From positions 5,261,902 to 5,325,901 of the forward strand of contig MU053652.1 in assembly GCA_013239625.1 (NCBI GenBank): a stretch of 64,000 nt of DNA, written 5' to 3'. Positions 14,088-26,029 of the stretch are shown piece by piece; position 1 is the first letter of the stretch; each line of letters begins with the position of its first letter. This stretch comes from Lama guanicoe. Its lineage: Eukaryota. A program made the position numbers and the translations under genes. The notes under the pieces were generated by a model. It searched no databases. It was not told where the DNA came from and saw only the letters and a list, made by a program, of their open reading frames with translations.

Positions 14088-14250
14088 GTTTATTTTTTTA
14101 ATTTTCAAAAAATTTGGGGGCAGGAAGGTAATTAGGTTTATTTATTTATTTATATTATTATTTTTTTTTTAATGGAGATACTGGGGATTGAACCCAGGAC
14201 CTTGTACGTGCTAAGCATGCACTCTGCCACTGAGCTATACCCTCCTGCCC
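14088..14250 (-). mobile_element. tRNA-Ala-derived SINE (vic-1-like)
   Basis: tRNA head plus taaacctaattacc tail; perfect 15-bp TSD agcctggcatatttt at 14073-14087 and 14251-14265. Confidence 0.92.
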
Positions 14251-15179
14251 AGCCTGGCATATTTTCCCCTGGATTGCTGCACTAGGCTTATAATAGTGTC
14301 GCTGACACCAGCCTTCCTTTACCTGTACCCCGCTCATCCTTCCTACTGCAGCCTAAGTGGTATTTCTAAAGTGCAGATTTGATCATGTCTTCCTGCTTCC
14401 TAAGCCCCTCCTGTGATTTCTCTACACCAGCTCTTCTCTCACAGGTCTACCCTTGCACAAGCCACGTGAACGTGGTTTCAGTCTTTCAACACAACACTCC
14501 TTTGCCTCCAGGCCCCCATGCATACTTTGCTGTCTACCTGGAGCTCTCTTTCCACCCCTCTGACCTCCTCCCCGCCCCCACTGCCTATCATTTTTCCATC
14601 CTTCAACTCCCCACTTGGAAATCAGAACTCCTCCCCTGGAAGGCTTCAAGAAGAATGCCTTTCCTCAGGGCAGAATTAGTTTTGTCTTTTCTCCCACTTT
14701 TAGTCAGTTAGAGGATTTATGAGATTGTAGTATCATTGTCTCTTTCACCTCTAAAATGTCATCAGACTGTGTCTGATTTACTTACAGTGGAATTCCTAGC
14801 GCGATGCCTGGCACAGATAGCTGCTCCATAAGTATCTGTGAATAAATGAGTGAGAGGAAAGTATTATCATATTCATTTCACATGTAAGGAACTGTAAGCT
14901 CAAGTAGGAAGTTTGTTGAAAGTCACAGGACTAGTAAGTCATAGAGAAGAAATTTGACACTAGTTCTTGTGACTAAAGCTTCTGTTCACTGTGCCTTTAC
15001 ATGAAAGAGACTTTGAAATCCTTAAATGTGGTTCCTATGTGGTGGAGAACACGAACACACAAACACACACACAAACACATAATCTGGAGATAGATAAGTG
15101 TCATTCAAACAAATAAACAAGCACTCTATTTCCTGTACTCCTTTGAGAGTAAATTTAGGAAATATATCCTTGGTAGTAA

Positions 15180-15425
15180 CAATGGCCAAAATATATGGAG
15201 CACTAAACAGTACACAGACTCTGCTAAATGCTTATGCCTGTGTTACATAATTTAATCCTTAGAACAACCTTATGAAGTAGATATAATCAATCTCATTCCA
15301 CAAAGGAGGACATTTAATGCTTAGAAAAGGTGAGCAACCAACTCTAGGTCAATAGCTAATAAGGGATGGAGTCCAGATTTGAACCCTGAACTTTCTGTCC
15401 ATAGTCTGCTCTTAACCATTTGACT
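15180..15425 (-). mobile_element. MIR SINE
   Basis: aatttaatccttagaacaaccttatgaagtag...gatttgaaccctg...tgctcttaaccat. Confidence 0.65.
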
Positions 15426-15803
15426 AGCCTGCTTCTAAGGTCACCAAACGTGGCCGCTTCATCCTGGATCTGCACCTGTAGAATCCAGAGGCTTCAAAGA
15501 CAGTTTTCAACTCTCCAGCAAGCTCCCTTTGGGTAAACAGGAGCAAACTCAACACTGGTACAACATCCTGCCTCCACCCTTCTGAGCCTACCCCCAACCT
15601 CAACCTACCTTCCACACTGTTAACTTGCTGTTCTTTCTAAAATGCACATTTCAGTCATATAGACCCCTCCTTAATATTGCTGTGGCTCCTGTTCTGCTTC
15701 AGATAAAGTTTCAACTCCTCAGTATAGGACATGAGGCCCTCACCATCTGCCTCTGACCTGCTTTTCCTTCTCCTCCACCTTCTCCTCCTTTTTTAAAAAT
15801 ATT

Positions 15804-15974
15804 TGTTATAGACTGGATTGTGTTCCCCAAAATTCATATGTTGAAACCCAGACCCTCAATATGACTGTTTTTGGAGACAGGGCCTTTATGGAGGTAATTA
15901 AGGTTAAATGAGGTCATAAGAGTCACTCCCTAATCCAATAGGATTGAAGTCCTTATAAGAAAAAGAAGAGAAAC

Positions 15975-16016
<42 letters not shown>

Positions 16017-16233
16017 CCTCCATCTTTCTCTGCAGGTGTACAGAGGAAAGGCCACAAGAGAATACAACAAGAAGGTGGCCATCTGCAAGCCAGAAAGAGG
16101 TCTCCCTAGAACCCCACACTGGCACCTTGATCTTGGACTTCTAGCCTCTAGAACTATGAGAAAATAAGTTTCTATTTTTCAAGTCACCCAGACTGTGGAA
16201 TCTTATTACGACGAGTCCGAGCTAACTAATACA
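15804..16233 (+). mobile_element. MaLR solo LTR (MLT1A/B-like) containing a (TC)n tract at 15979-16012
   Basis: tgttatagactgg...ccccaaaattcatatgttgaa...gaggtaattaaggttaaatgaggtc...ctaactaataca; near-TSD atatt/acatt. Confidence 0.8.
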
Positions 16234-16290
16234 ACATTTTACTGTATGTTTATTTAAAAGAAAAGCCTCACAAACCCAAGTTGTCAGGAT

Positions 16291-16505
16291 CAGCCCTGTC
16301 CAAAAGAACTCTGCAGTGATGGGAATTTTCCATATATGTTCTGCCCAACCCAGCAGCCAGCAGCCACATGGGGCAAATGAGCATTTGAAATGTGGCTAGT
16401 GCATCTGAGGAACTGACTTTTTAATGTTATTTAACTTTAATTAATTTAAATTAAGTTTAAATAAACACCTGAGGCTAGTGACTAATGTCTTGCACAGCAC
16501 TAATC
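16291..16505. mobile_element. MER3/MER33-type hAT-Charlie element
   Basis: ctgtccaaaagaactctgcagtgatgggaat...agccacatg...gagcatttgaaatgtggctagtg. Confidence 0.7.
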
Positions 16506-16987
16506 TAGGTGATTAAACTTGAATCTTGCTATTATATCTGATACCAGAATCTTCTATGTAGGTTTTTAAATTAAGTTATTTCTATATGCCTCATGTAGTC
16601 CAAACTTGATGAGAATGCATGATAACATAAGGCATTATTTTTTTAAATCTTAAGAAACAACAAGAAGTTTGTAACATGAAAAATAGAACTCAAATTCTAT
16701 TTCTAAAAAAAGAAAGAAAATAAAAATAGCTATATACCAGAAATAAATGGTGCGTTGTAAACTCACTATACTTCAGTTAAAAAAAAGAAAAAGAAAAAAT
16801 AAAAATGATGTATCCTGTGATTGAGGCTCAGACATTATTTCTCAAACCTCACATAGTAGAACAAAATTCATAATAACTCAAGAAAGATAATGTGCTCTTC
16901 CCAGTTTGCCCTATCTATGTAGTAAGTCAATTAATAATAAAGGATTTATAAAGATGTAATAATGTGACGATGGATAAGGAAGATAAC

Positions 16988-17294
16988 TTATTGTTTCATC
17001 CAGATTCAGAGATGCATCAAATTAAAAGATAGCTCCAACCAGCAAACAAGCGTTTCATGATGGTATCCAAGAAGAAATGGTTGGTGATGTAATATGTGAT
17101 TTGGATGATGGTTACAAAACTTTTAGTTAACTTTGTACGCTGTCCTGTTGTCATTTAATGGCCAGACCAACCTTCATTCCATTCTCCTCAATGCCATTAA
17201 TCAACGCCTCTGGGTCTTCAGTAGCCTTAGATAATTGTATATTGATTTGCTGCTGCTACAGCCATCCGCTTTAACCATTGTCCAGTTTTGTCAC
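16988..17294 (-). pseudogene. RPE: Degraded processed pseudogene of ribulose-5-phosphate 3-epimerase
   Basis: Minus strand 17294-17154 reads, across frameshifts, QWLKRMAVAAANQYT..ATEDPEALINGIEENGMKVGLAIK, matching recalled RPE QWVKPMAVAGANQYTFHLEATENPGALIKDIRENGMKVGLAIK; RPE stop-region-like tgaaacaataag at 16998-16987. Confidence 0.8.
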
Positions 17295-19270
17295 CTCAGA
17301 CCCTGCCTGCCACACTCAAGTCTCTAAGAAAAAAGGCCTAAGGAAAGCTCCAGCCAATGGTACCACCTTTATCATGGGGTAGCATGCCTTCAGAAGACAG
17401 TACCAGTCTCTGTGGAAGCAATGTCCCCAGGATTGAAGATGTGGCCCTTTCCAGGGAGGGCAGTAGCCTGGAATAACCAAAAACTGATCCAAAATAAGGC
17501 TATGTCTCTGGAGTGGGTTGGCGTTGTCCCCACTAGGCAGCCAGTGTCAGCTATCAGAGCTGAGGGGCCAGAGCAACAAAGAGGAGACAAAGCAAGAGGT
17601 CAGGGTCAGGATGAGTGATGAAGGCGAGGGAGGCAGGGGCAAGTGGAGAAATGGGCTCTGGGAGTGGGGAAATGGGCTCTGAGCTTTGGGGACAGATACA
17701 GGGTAGCTGGAATGCATGGGAGTGGGGCTGCCAGCGTTAAAAGAGCAGAATCCCAGGCAGACAGGCCTTTTGCTGGGAGTCAAAGAGCAGGGGTGGAGCT
17801 AAGGTAAGAGACCAGAGTTCAGGTGGCAGCTTGAAAGGGTACCCAGGCTACTCAAGGTGGACTTCAGGATGGTCCACGCATTTTTCTCAGGCACCCTTTT
17901 CTGGATCTCCTCCAGCTTAATTCATCCAAAGGGTAGCTATTTCAGGTGAAATAACCCCCCATTTCAGCCATATTCCGCATGAAACCACAGAGACATCAGA
18001 AAATAGAAAATCTCTTTTTTCCTCTTCACCCCAAGTCTTTGAATTATGCATTCATGAGTGGCATAAATTCCATTAGGAAGCAATTTTATGAAAAGGTAAG
18101 GTAATTCTAATATTATACTACATCCTGTTGTTGGCTGGAGAGCAGTTAATAGTTTCCTCTCTTAAGGGTGCTTCAGAGGATAGGATGTTACTTTATGCTG
18201 CAATTGAAACAGGCTAAACAACCACAGATTATGTGATGTTTACATATTTTTTAAAAAAGTAGTCTCTTTCCTAACACAAAACCTTTGAAATGTTTCCCTC
18301 AGCCTGGAGCTCTGTCCCTGCAACAGGAATAAAATAGACAAAAATATTTAGGTATTCCCCAGTCCATACCATTTTGGTGAGGGAAGATGTACAGAGAGAC
18401 TCTAAAATCAGATTCTGTGAACTTGACATGACCCTGACCTTTCACTAAACCTGCTGATATCACTGTAGACTGGTTCCACATGTATAGAGAATAATCTGAA
18501 ATATGTATAAGAGCCTTCTAAAATTGTTGATGATGATCTGGAGAATTTGAAATTACACATAGTCCCAAAGATGTGAAACTAGCTAAAAAAACTTATAATA
18601 TGTAAACAATGAAATAGCAAGTAGCTTTTAAAAATGACATGTATGTAAACTATCTTTATACTGCAGTATAAAAGACAGGACACGAAATCTTTTTGCCTAT
18701 TGATTATAACAAGGTAAGAAGACATGTATACAGTACAAATAATCCAACAGAATTTTTAGAGATGGAAACAGAGTTTAATGTTCTGTTGGTTTGCTGGGTA
18801 TCATTTCTAAAGCTCATAGTGAGTTCTTTTTCAAATAATCTTAGTTCTCAGTGCCAGAAGATTAATGATTAATTTCTTACCCTTTTTTTATGGTGAAATG
18901 TAAGACACAGGAAAGTGCCCCCAAAACAAAATACACAGCTTAATGATCTATCACAAAGTGAACACCAATGTAATTATCACCCAAGGCAAAAAAATGAATG
19001 GCCAGCATTCCCAAAAACTGTCCTATTAATTGCTGTTCTCCTTAAGCATGTATCTCAAAACACTATAATTTTGCTTGTTTTTTAAAAAATTTATAGCTGG
19101 AATTAAACAATATGTATTCCTTCATGTGGCTTCTTTGGCTCAACATTACGTGGGTGAGATTCATCCACGTTATTTCATGTAGCTGTTGTTTGTGCCTCTT
19201 CATTGCTGTATAATATTCCATCACAATGACTATACCACAATAGGTTTATCCATTCTACTGTTGATGGATA

Positions 19271-19997
19271 TTTGGCAGATTGTATTTTCCAAAGATAGTC
19301 ACAGAACTATCTTTCAGGGGGGAGGGTATAGCTTAGGGGTAGAGTATGTGCTTAGCATGCGCAAAGTCCTGGGTTCAGTCTCCAGTACCTCCATTTAAAA
19401 ATACATAAACAAATAAACAAACCTAATTACCTCCCCCCCAAAGCTTTTAAAAATAAAAAGAAATATCTCTGAACACACATATTCTTTTTACAAAGTGACC
19501 TCAACATTCCTCCCATTAAAAGGTGGAATTTATGTTCCCTCTCCTTGAAAGCCATTGCTCTGCCTTAATCAACAGAATGCAGCAAAAATGACTTAAGTCA
19601 CTTCATAAAATATGCCTTGCACTCCTGCCTTGTTCTCTGGGGATGCTGCACTTGGGACCCAGCCACCACACTGGGAGAAAGCCTAAGTTACAACGTGGAG
19701 AGGCTGCGTTCACGTATGACAGTCAACAGCCTCAGCTGAGTTCCTGGCCAACAGCTGACATCATCAGACAGACGGATGAGGAAAAGGCCTTTAGATGATT
19801 CCAGCCCCTCACCACTGAGTCACAGCCTTTGAGTCTCCCAGCAGAGGTCACAGACATTGTGGAGCTGAGACAAGCAATCCCCTCTAAACCCTTTCTGAAC
19901 TCCTGACACATAGGATCCAAAAGTGCAATAAAAACAGTGGTGGTTTTATGCTTCTAAGTTTGAAATGGTTTAATATACAGAAATAGCGTCAGGAACA
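19271..19997 (+). mobile_element. MaLR solo LTR (MLT1G/H-like), itself interrupted by a SINE
   Basis: ggcagattgtattttccaaagat...cattcctcccatt...gacattgtggagctgagacaagc...aggaaca. Confidence 0.7.
19317..19458 (+). mobile_element. tRNA-Ala-derived SINE (vic-1-like)
   Basis: ggggagggtatagctt...gtgcttagcatgc...tccagtacctcca...aacctaattacctcccccc; degenerate 14-bp TSD at 19303-19316 and 19459-19472. Confidence 0.9.
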
Positions 19998-21091
19998 GGA
20001 CTGTGTCCAGTTTTTAGCTATTATTAATAAACATTCAGGAACATACATTTCTTTTGGGAGTATCTAGAGGTCATAGGTTATAAATACCTTTAACTTTGGT
20101 AGATAATGCCAAACTTTTTCCAAAGTGGGTGTGCCAATTTAGACTGCCTCCAGCAGTACATAAGAGTTCTAATTATTCCATAGTCTCACAGACATTTATT
20201 ATCAGTCTCTTTAATTTCCCATCATTTTGGTAGATATGCCCTAGTATCTCATCAGGGCCCTAATTTGCATTTCCTGGATTTCTAATGAGGTCAAGCATTT
20301 TTAAATATATGTAACTGGCATTTGGTCATAAAGATATTCTCCTATTTTATCTTCTAGGAGCTTTATTATTTTGCCTTTCACATGTATAGCAACAATTCCA
20401 AGAGGTACTATGACATCGGTTTGGGGGGGTCTTCCCTCAAGTCATTTCTTGGGATTTTAGCCATTTCAATGCTATCCTGATCCAAAATGCAGTAGGAGAT
20501 TTAGAGAGGATCTAACCTTGGAATAGTCTCCTGCTCCCAGAGCTTAGAAATTCTCCATTGTAAACTAAGTAATAAAATCAAAGTCCTAAGGCCCTGGAAG
20601 AGTAAAACTCTTTATTCTTCAAGCAGCCTAACTCCTACTAACTCATTTGGAACCCAACCTCTGCCAAAGAGTTACCCCCTCACTGTGTTCTCCTGAACTC
20701 TGGATTCCCAGATTTAGGGGCAAACATGAGGACATTGGCGCATTTTACCTATAAATTTAGACTTTTCCATCTCGGTGTTTGTGAGTCCCCCTGGAAGGGT
20801 TAGGATGGCTTTTCTTCCTGGGAAACCCATGGAATTCTGAGGAAGTTAAAGTTCCAGCCTGCTCTTTTCTAAGATGTGAGACCAAATTCTTCCTCCTAGC
20901 CATGACAGACAAATGGGAAAATGTGTGCAGCCACCCTAGTGTTTACTGCTATAGAGATCCCCCTACTCTTTCAGTTCCCTTCTCCTTCTTCTCTTCCTCC
21001 CATTCACCTTCCTTCTTGCTCATGACTTCTCTGTATTCCTCTTCCCCCATACTAAAAGCAAACACATTATAATTAAACACCCTTGGCCTAG

Positions 21092-21286
<195 letters not shown>

Positions 21287-22574
21287 TGATATATTATCAT
21301 ATTATCTCATGAACTTGCTGTAATAGTCCCATGGGAGAAATGTTTCCATTGTAAAGGCAATAAAACTGAGGCTCAGGAGGACAGGATTCCAACCCAGGTC
21401 TATTTGACTCCTAAATTCAAGGTGTCCTTCTGTCAGTCTATTCATGGGCATGCTTTTGGAGCCTCTTAGAGGCCATCCCACCCCACACAAAGGCTGAAGT
21501 CATTGTCAAAGACTTCCTTTTAGCAATATTTAATAATAACATTCACCTTATCTGCTCATTTTTTCTTATCTCACAAGGCCTTTTGCCCACCCATCTTTTA
21601 TTTTCCCCATCAGATGATCTTTTTATTTCAGTCCTAGAAACAAAATGCTGGGCTAGATGAGTCATTGTTTGGAGCCACTGTGACAATTCTCTGTGTTCCT
21701 CCCACAGAAACTGTTATCTAGCATCTTGGGTAATTTTCTTCTCTTTTATCCAACTTGATTGTCTTTTCTCTCCCCAGAAAAGTTCTGTTTCTACAAAGTA
21801 GCTATCAGAGAGAGTCCCCTCTAAGCTCCCTGGGTTAAGACAGAGCCGAGTATACCTGAGAAGGTTTGGAAGTCCTGGGAGAGATTTTTAAGGAAGGGAT
21901 TTGTATTTATAGTCCTTGTTGGTCCCAGCCCCAGCCCTCGTTTCCAGGGCCTTTGTTCCCGCAGGGATTCCTTCCTCCCAGGTACTAGGGAGCCAACACT
22001 GCCCTCTGGCTGCCCAGCAGAGGCCTTGATGGCAGGGCAAGTCCAGTACATGGCCCACAGGCTCTTTCTCTACCCCAACTCACATATTCTGGATGTCATA
22101 GGGTGGTAGAGGTGTAGGCAGGTGGCAGCCAGTTAACTTGAGGACTTGTTTATCAGATGGACCTTGGACAGCTCCTGATATCCTTAACCTGGGGCCTAGA
22201 AATTCTGGGGAGAGACAGGATAAACCTAAAATGAGATCTAAAAGCATTAACAAGAATATGACAATCAGCAAAAAGTGGTCTTGGCCCCATGGAGTGGGCC
22301 ACAAAGAGGAACTTGCAGTGAGGGCTTCAGGAGAAATGACATGATGGTGAGAGCTGAGAGAATGATTGCCTTGCTGAGTGCTTGCTCTGGAGTCTACCCC
22401 CACCCCCTCCATGAAACAGGGTAGAAACTCATCTTCGGAACCAGACAGGACAGGATAGAGCAGAAGATGCTCCCTTCTTGGTATGTGGCTTGGAGGGGCA
22501 TGGTTATCTCTCTTCAGACCTCAGTGCTGAGGTTACCATAGGAAAGGTGCTAATTAAAACAATGGAATCATTCC

Positions 22575-23024
22575 TGTTATGGGTTGAACTATATCTCCCC
22601 CACCCAAAAAAAAATTCATATGATGAAGCTCTCAACCCCAGTAACTTACAATGTGACTGTATTTGGAGGTAGGATCATTGTAGATGTAACCCTCTGAGTT
22701 ACAATGAGGTCATACTGGAGGAGGGTGGGCCCCTAATTCAATGACTACTGTCTTAATGAAAAGAATGCCTTTTTTGAACACACACACACACACAGAGGAA
22801 GAATGTCATGTGAACATTGGAGTCACAAGCCAGTGAACTACCTACCAGAAGCTAGGAGAAAGACCTGGAACAGTTCCTTCACTAGAGCCTTCAGAGGGAG
22901 CATGGCCCTGCTGACACTTTAATGTCAGACTTCTAGTCTCCAGAACCACGAGACAATAATTGTCTATTGTCTAAGCCACTCAGTTTGTGGTGTTTTGTTA
23001 CAGCAGCTGTAGCAAATTAATACA
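22575..23024 (+). mobile_element. MaLR solo LTR (MLT1B/C-like)
   Basis: tgttatgggttgaact...aatgtgactgtatttggag...agagccttcagagggagcatggccctgctgacac...aattaataca. Confidence 0.8.
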
Positions 23025-23794
23025 TCACCCCATGACAAAAAGAAACAGGTGAACTATTTCTATTCATTAGAAAGCTGAGGTCCCACCACAAATAAGTAGC
23101 AGAATTTGGCCTAAATCTCAATTTTTCTAGGCAATATGCTCCCCTCACACTCACCAGTGGTATCTTCCCACTGTCTCTTGATGGGACAGGACAGAAGATG
23201 CCAGGCAATCAAGAGGATAGGTTTTCCCATGTCGTCTCTTTCTCGTTCCCTTCCCACATACTACTTCCTCCTATTTCAAACTTTCCCCCTTCACTCCCAC
23301 TCCATACATTTCTAAAAGATGCCAGTGGATTAGGAGAGGAAGAACATAGACGCTAGGAGGCAAGACTCACTTGGGCATCTTAATTCCTCTATTTTGCCCC
23401 TACCTCCATGTCACCTCTCCAAGCAGAGCAGAGCTCAGAGGATTCACCCTCCAGTACAGAGAAACCCTAGTAGGAGGAGAGAGACAGGCTGTCATTTTTC
23501 TATTTGAATTGCTTGGTGTCCCTGTGGGCTGGCTGAAGAAATCCTCTTGCCTTGTCTTCTCTCTCAACTGGGGCTCTCCCAGGACTCAAGAAATGTGCAC
23601 TTGGAACTCTAAGGAGAGTCTGCTCTTTATAGATTTGTTTTGCCTCTACCCTGACATCTCCTCTGTTGCCCAAGGCTCACAGACTGACACCTCCATTCAA
23701 ACCCAAGTCTCCACCAATAGCTCCAAAAATAGCTGTAATTTTTTGAGACCAGGGTGATAAAGGGAAGTGGAAGCATGCATAAGGACTTCCTTTT

Positions 23795-24120
23795 CAAAGA
23801 CATCATGCTAAATGAAATAATCCAGATACAAAAGAACAGATACTATATTGTCCCACTTACATGTGGCACCTAGAAAAGGCAAATTAATAGAGACAGGAAG
23901 GACCATAAAGCTCCAACTGTTGGAGGGAGTGAGGAAAAAGGAGTTATTGATTAGTGGGTATAGAATTTGGGATGATGAAAAATTCTGGAAATGGAGAGTG
24001 ATGATGGTTGTATGACATTGTGAGTGTACTTGATGCCACTGAATTATACACGTAAAAATGCTTTAAATGGTAAGCTTTATGTGGAGTATATTTTCACACA
24101 ATGTAAAAAGAAAAGAAAAT
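23795..24120 (+). mobile_element. L1 3' end (L1MB-like) with A-rich tail
   Basis: catcatgctaaatgaaataatccagataca...gatgatgaaaaattctggaaatgga...gccactgaattatacac. Confidence 0.75.
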
Positions 24121-26029
24121 ACCAGAGCTAAACTCAGCATTCTTTACTGATCCAACAGAATTATAATTTTTTTCTGAGTTACTAAGATTAGTACCTTTGG
24201 GCAATTATGTTAGATAATTTGACTGATATTTTACTGGGTGCTTTAAAATAAATTCCTTGTTTTCGCCTGAAAAAAGAAGAATTCTATTCTCAAACCCAGC
24301 TTCCTTAGCAGTGGCAATAACACCCAAAGGATTTTACTCTGTTGGGTTCTGGAGCGTGTCTTTTCAATTCCATCCCTGGAGGGAGTCAGACTCGCCGTGT
24401 GGGAAGCGGATATCGAGGGATTCGGGGTTGGAAGCGGAACTGGCAGCTCAGAGCCCTCGCAGCTGCCAAGTTTTCCCCAGGCCTGCACCTTCTTTGCCCC
24501 TTCTGACCTGATGCTGATTCCCTGCCAGTCAAACTGCTCAGGCTCTCTGGGGAGATGTGATGAAGGAAGCCTGGGTTAAGGACAATTACTACCACGCTGT
24601 GTCGCTACCAAACGCAGAGCACTGGGCAGGCTGCAGGGGGAGCCCGCGTGCAGACCCTGCGGGGCCGCCTCCATCTCCCAGGCTCCCAAGTGACCCATCC
24701 CAGTGGCTGAGGTCAAGCAGCTCTAGCCAGCGCTGTCGCCAAACACTGATTGAAATTATTATTATTATACATTAAAAGTTATGAGAAATAAAAATAAGAC
24801 CAAGTGAACCAACACAAGGACCAGGAGACTGAAGAGAAATGGGCATAGTGAATGGAAAAACTCAGGGCTTTTCACTGAACGGTCTAAATGCTGGATGGTG
24901 GGAGAAGAAAAGAGAATCAGAAAGTAAACAAAAAGCTTCCATGAAACATTAAGGTTGAACTTTTTTTCCAGAAAAAGAAAGAAGGAGAAAAATGTGGAGC
25001 AGTCCAGGGAAGACTGAATAATTGATTTCAGGTAGCCGAGATTTGAGAAAGTAAGAACAAGAAGTGGACCTGGGGGCCAATAGGAAGAAATTAGGTGAGC
25101 TGAGGGTTGGTGGGCTGATGATGAAACGTGGGGCATGGACCGTTCAGTCTCGTTATTGTGTTTGATGATGCCAAGCCAGAGATAGTAAGAGGCTTGATTA
25201 TAATTACCTGTCTTTGCATAGCTTGTCCTCTGGGTAGCACAGCGACTTCCTTTGGGCTGCGCAGGAGTTATTTGGGGTCCTTTGTGGGCACAGTAAAGAT
25301 GAGGAGCTCTGGATTCCTGGGACAGAGGTAAGATCCCTGTCTTCGGGGAGGAGCTTTCTTCTTTATTGCCTTTGGGTCTGGTAATCAGTGGAAAGTTACC
25401 CCAGCTGGAGCACTGAGCTTTCCCACGTAGGACCTGTTACAGAGATAGTTTTGGTAACAACTAAGATTAAATTAAAACAGCATAGTCCCCTTTCACTCTG
25501 TAGTGAGACCAAGGCCAAGATCCCCCAACCTTCAGAAAGCATACAGGCAAAGACCTTGGATCATCAATGGCTTATGTTCCTCATCCTCTTCCCTTCCAAA
25601 AATGCAAAAGTTTACATCTATTTCAAAGGCAGCCAGAAGATAGCCACCCACCACCTCCTGGTAAGGTAACTTTAGGTCAGAGAGGGACTTTCATATAACA
25701 GGCTTAATAAGCCAGAGACCAAGAGGGTCAGTGGAAGAAGCAAAGAGACAGAAATAACAGGAGTACAGAATTAGGGCAGCAAGGATGGGGATGGGAATGT
25801 CCTGGGCTGGAACTAGTCAACTCAGTCAATAGATAATAGCATTACCTACTGGCACGTAATAGTAGTAGCAATAGTAATGATAACATTTACAACATAATAC
25901 TAAGTTTTAATAATTACTGAGCTAGACAGTCCTGGATGTTGTACAGGAGTTGAGCTTTGTATGTATTTCAGCCTGAGTTACATATGCTTGACAACTCCTG
26001 CCCTCATTCTCAGAGCAGGCTATCTAAGG

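Larger units (their letters stand above)
18885..20390 (-). mobile_element. Old L1 fragment split by an MLT1 LTR
   Basis: ttcatccacgtt...tccattctactgttgatggata before the LTR; tccagtttttagctatt...taatttgcatttcc...aatgaggtcaagcattttt after it. Confidence 0.7.

Noticed and set aside
14172..14245. tRNA-Ala(AGC)-like sequences (also ~2735, 19320, 42845, 46115, 50600) as real tRNA genes
   Set aside because: A-rich tails, TSDs and stem-breaking substitutions mark them as SINEs
17057..17092. Plus-strand MMVSKKKWLVM resembling RPE MMVSKPEQWVKPM as an inverted retrocopy piece
   Set aside because: Too short; the same bases fit the minus-strand alignment and VSKPEQW is already represented at 17294-17275
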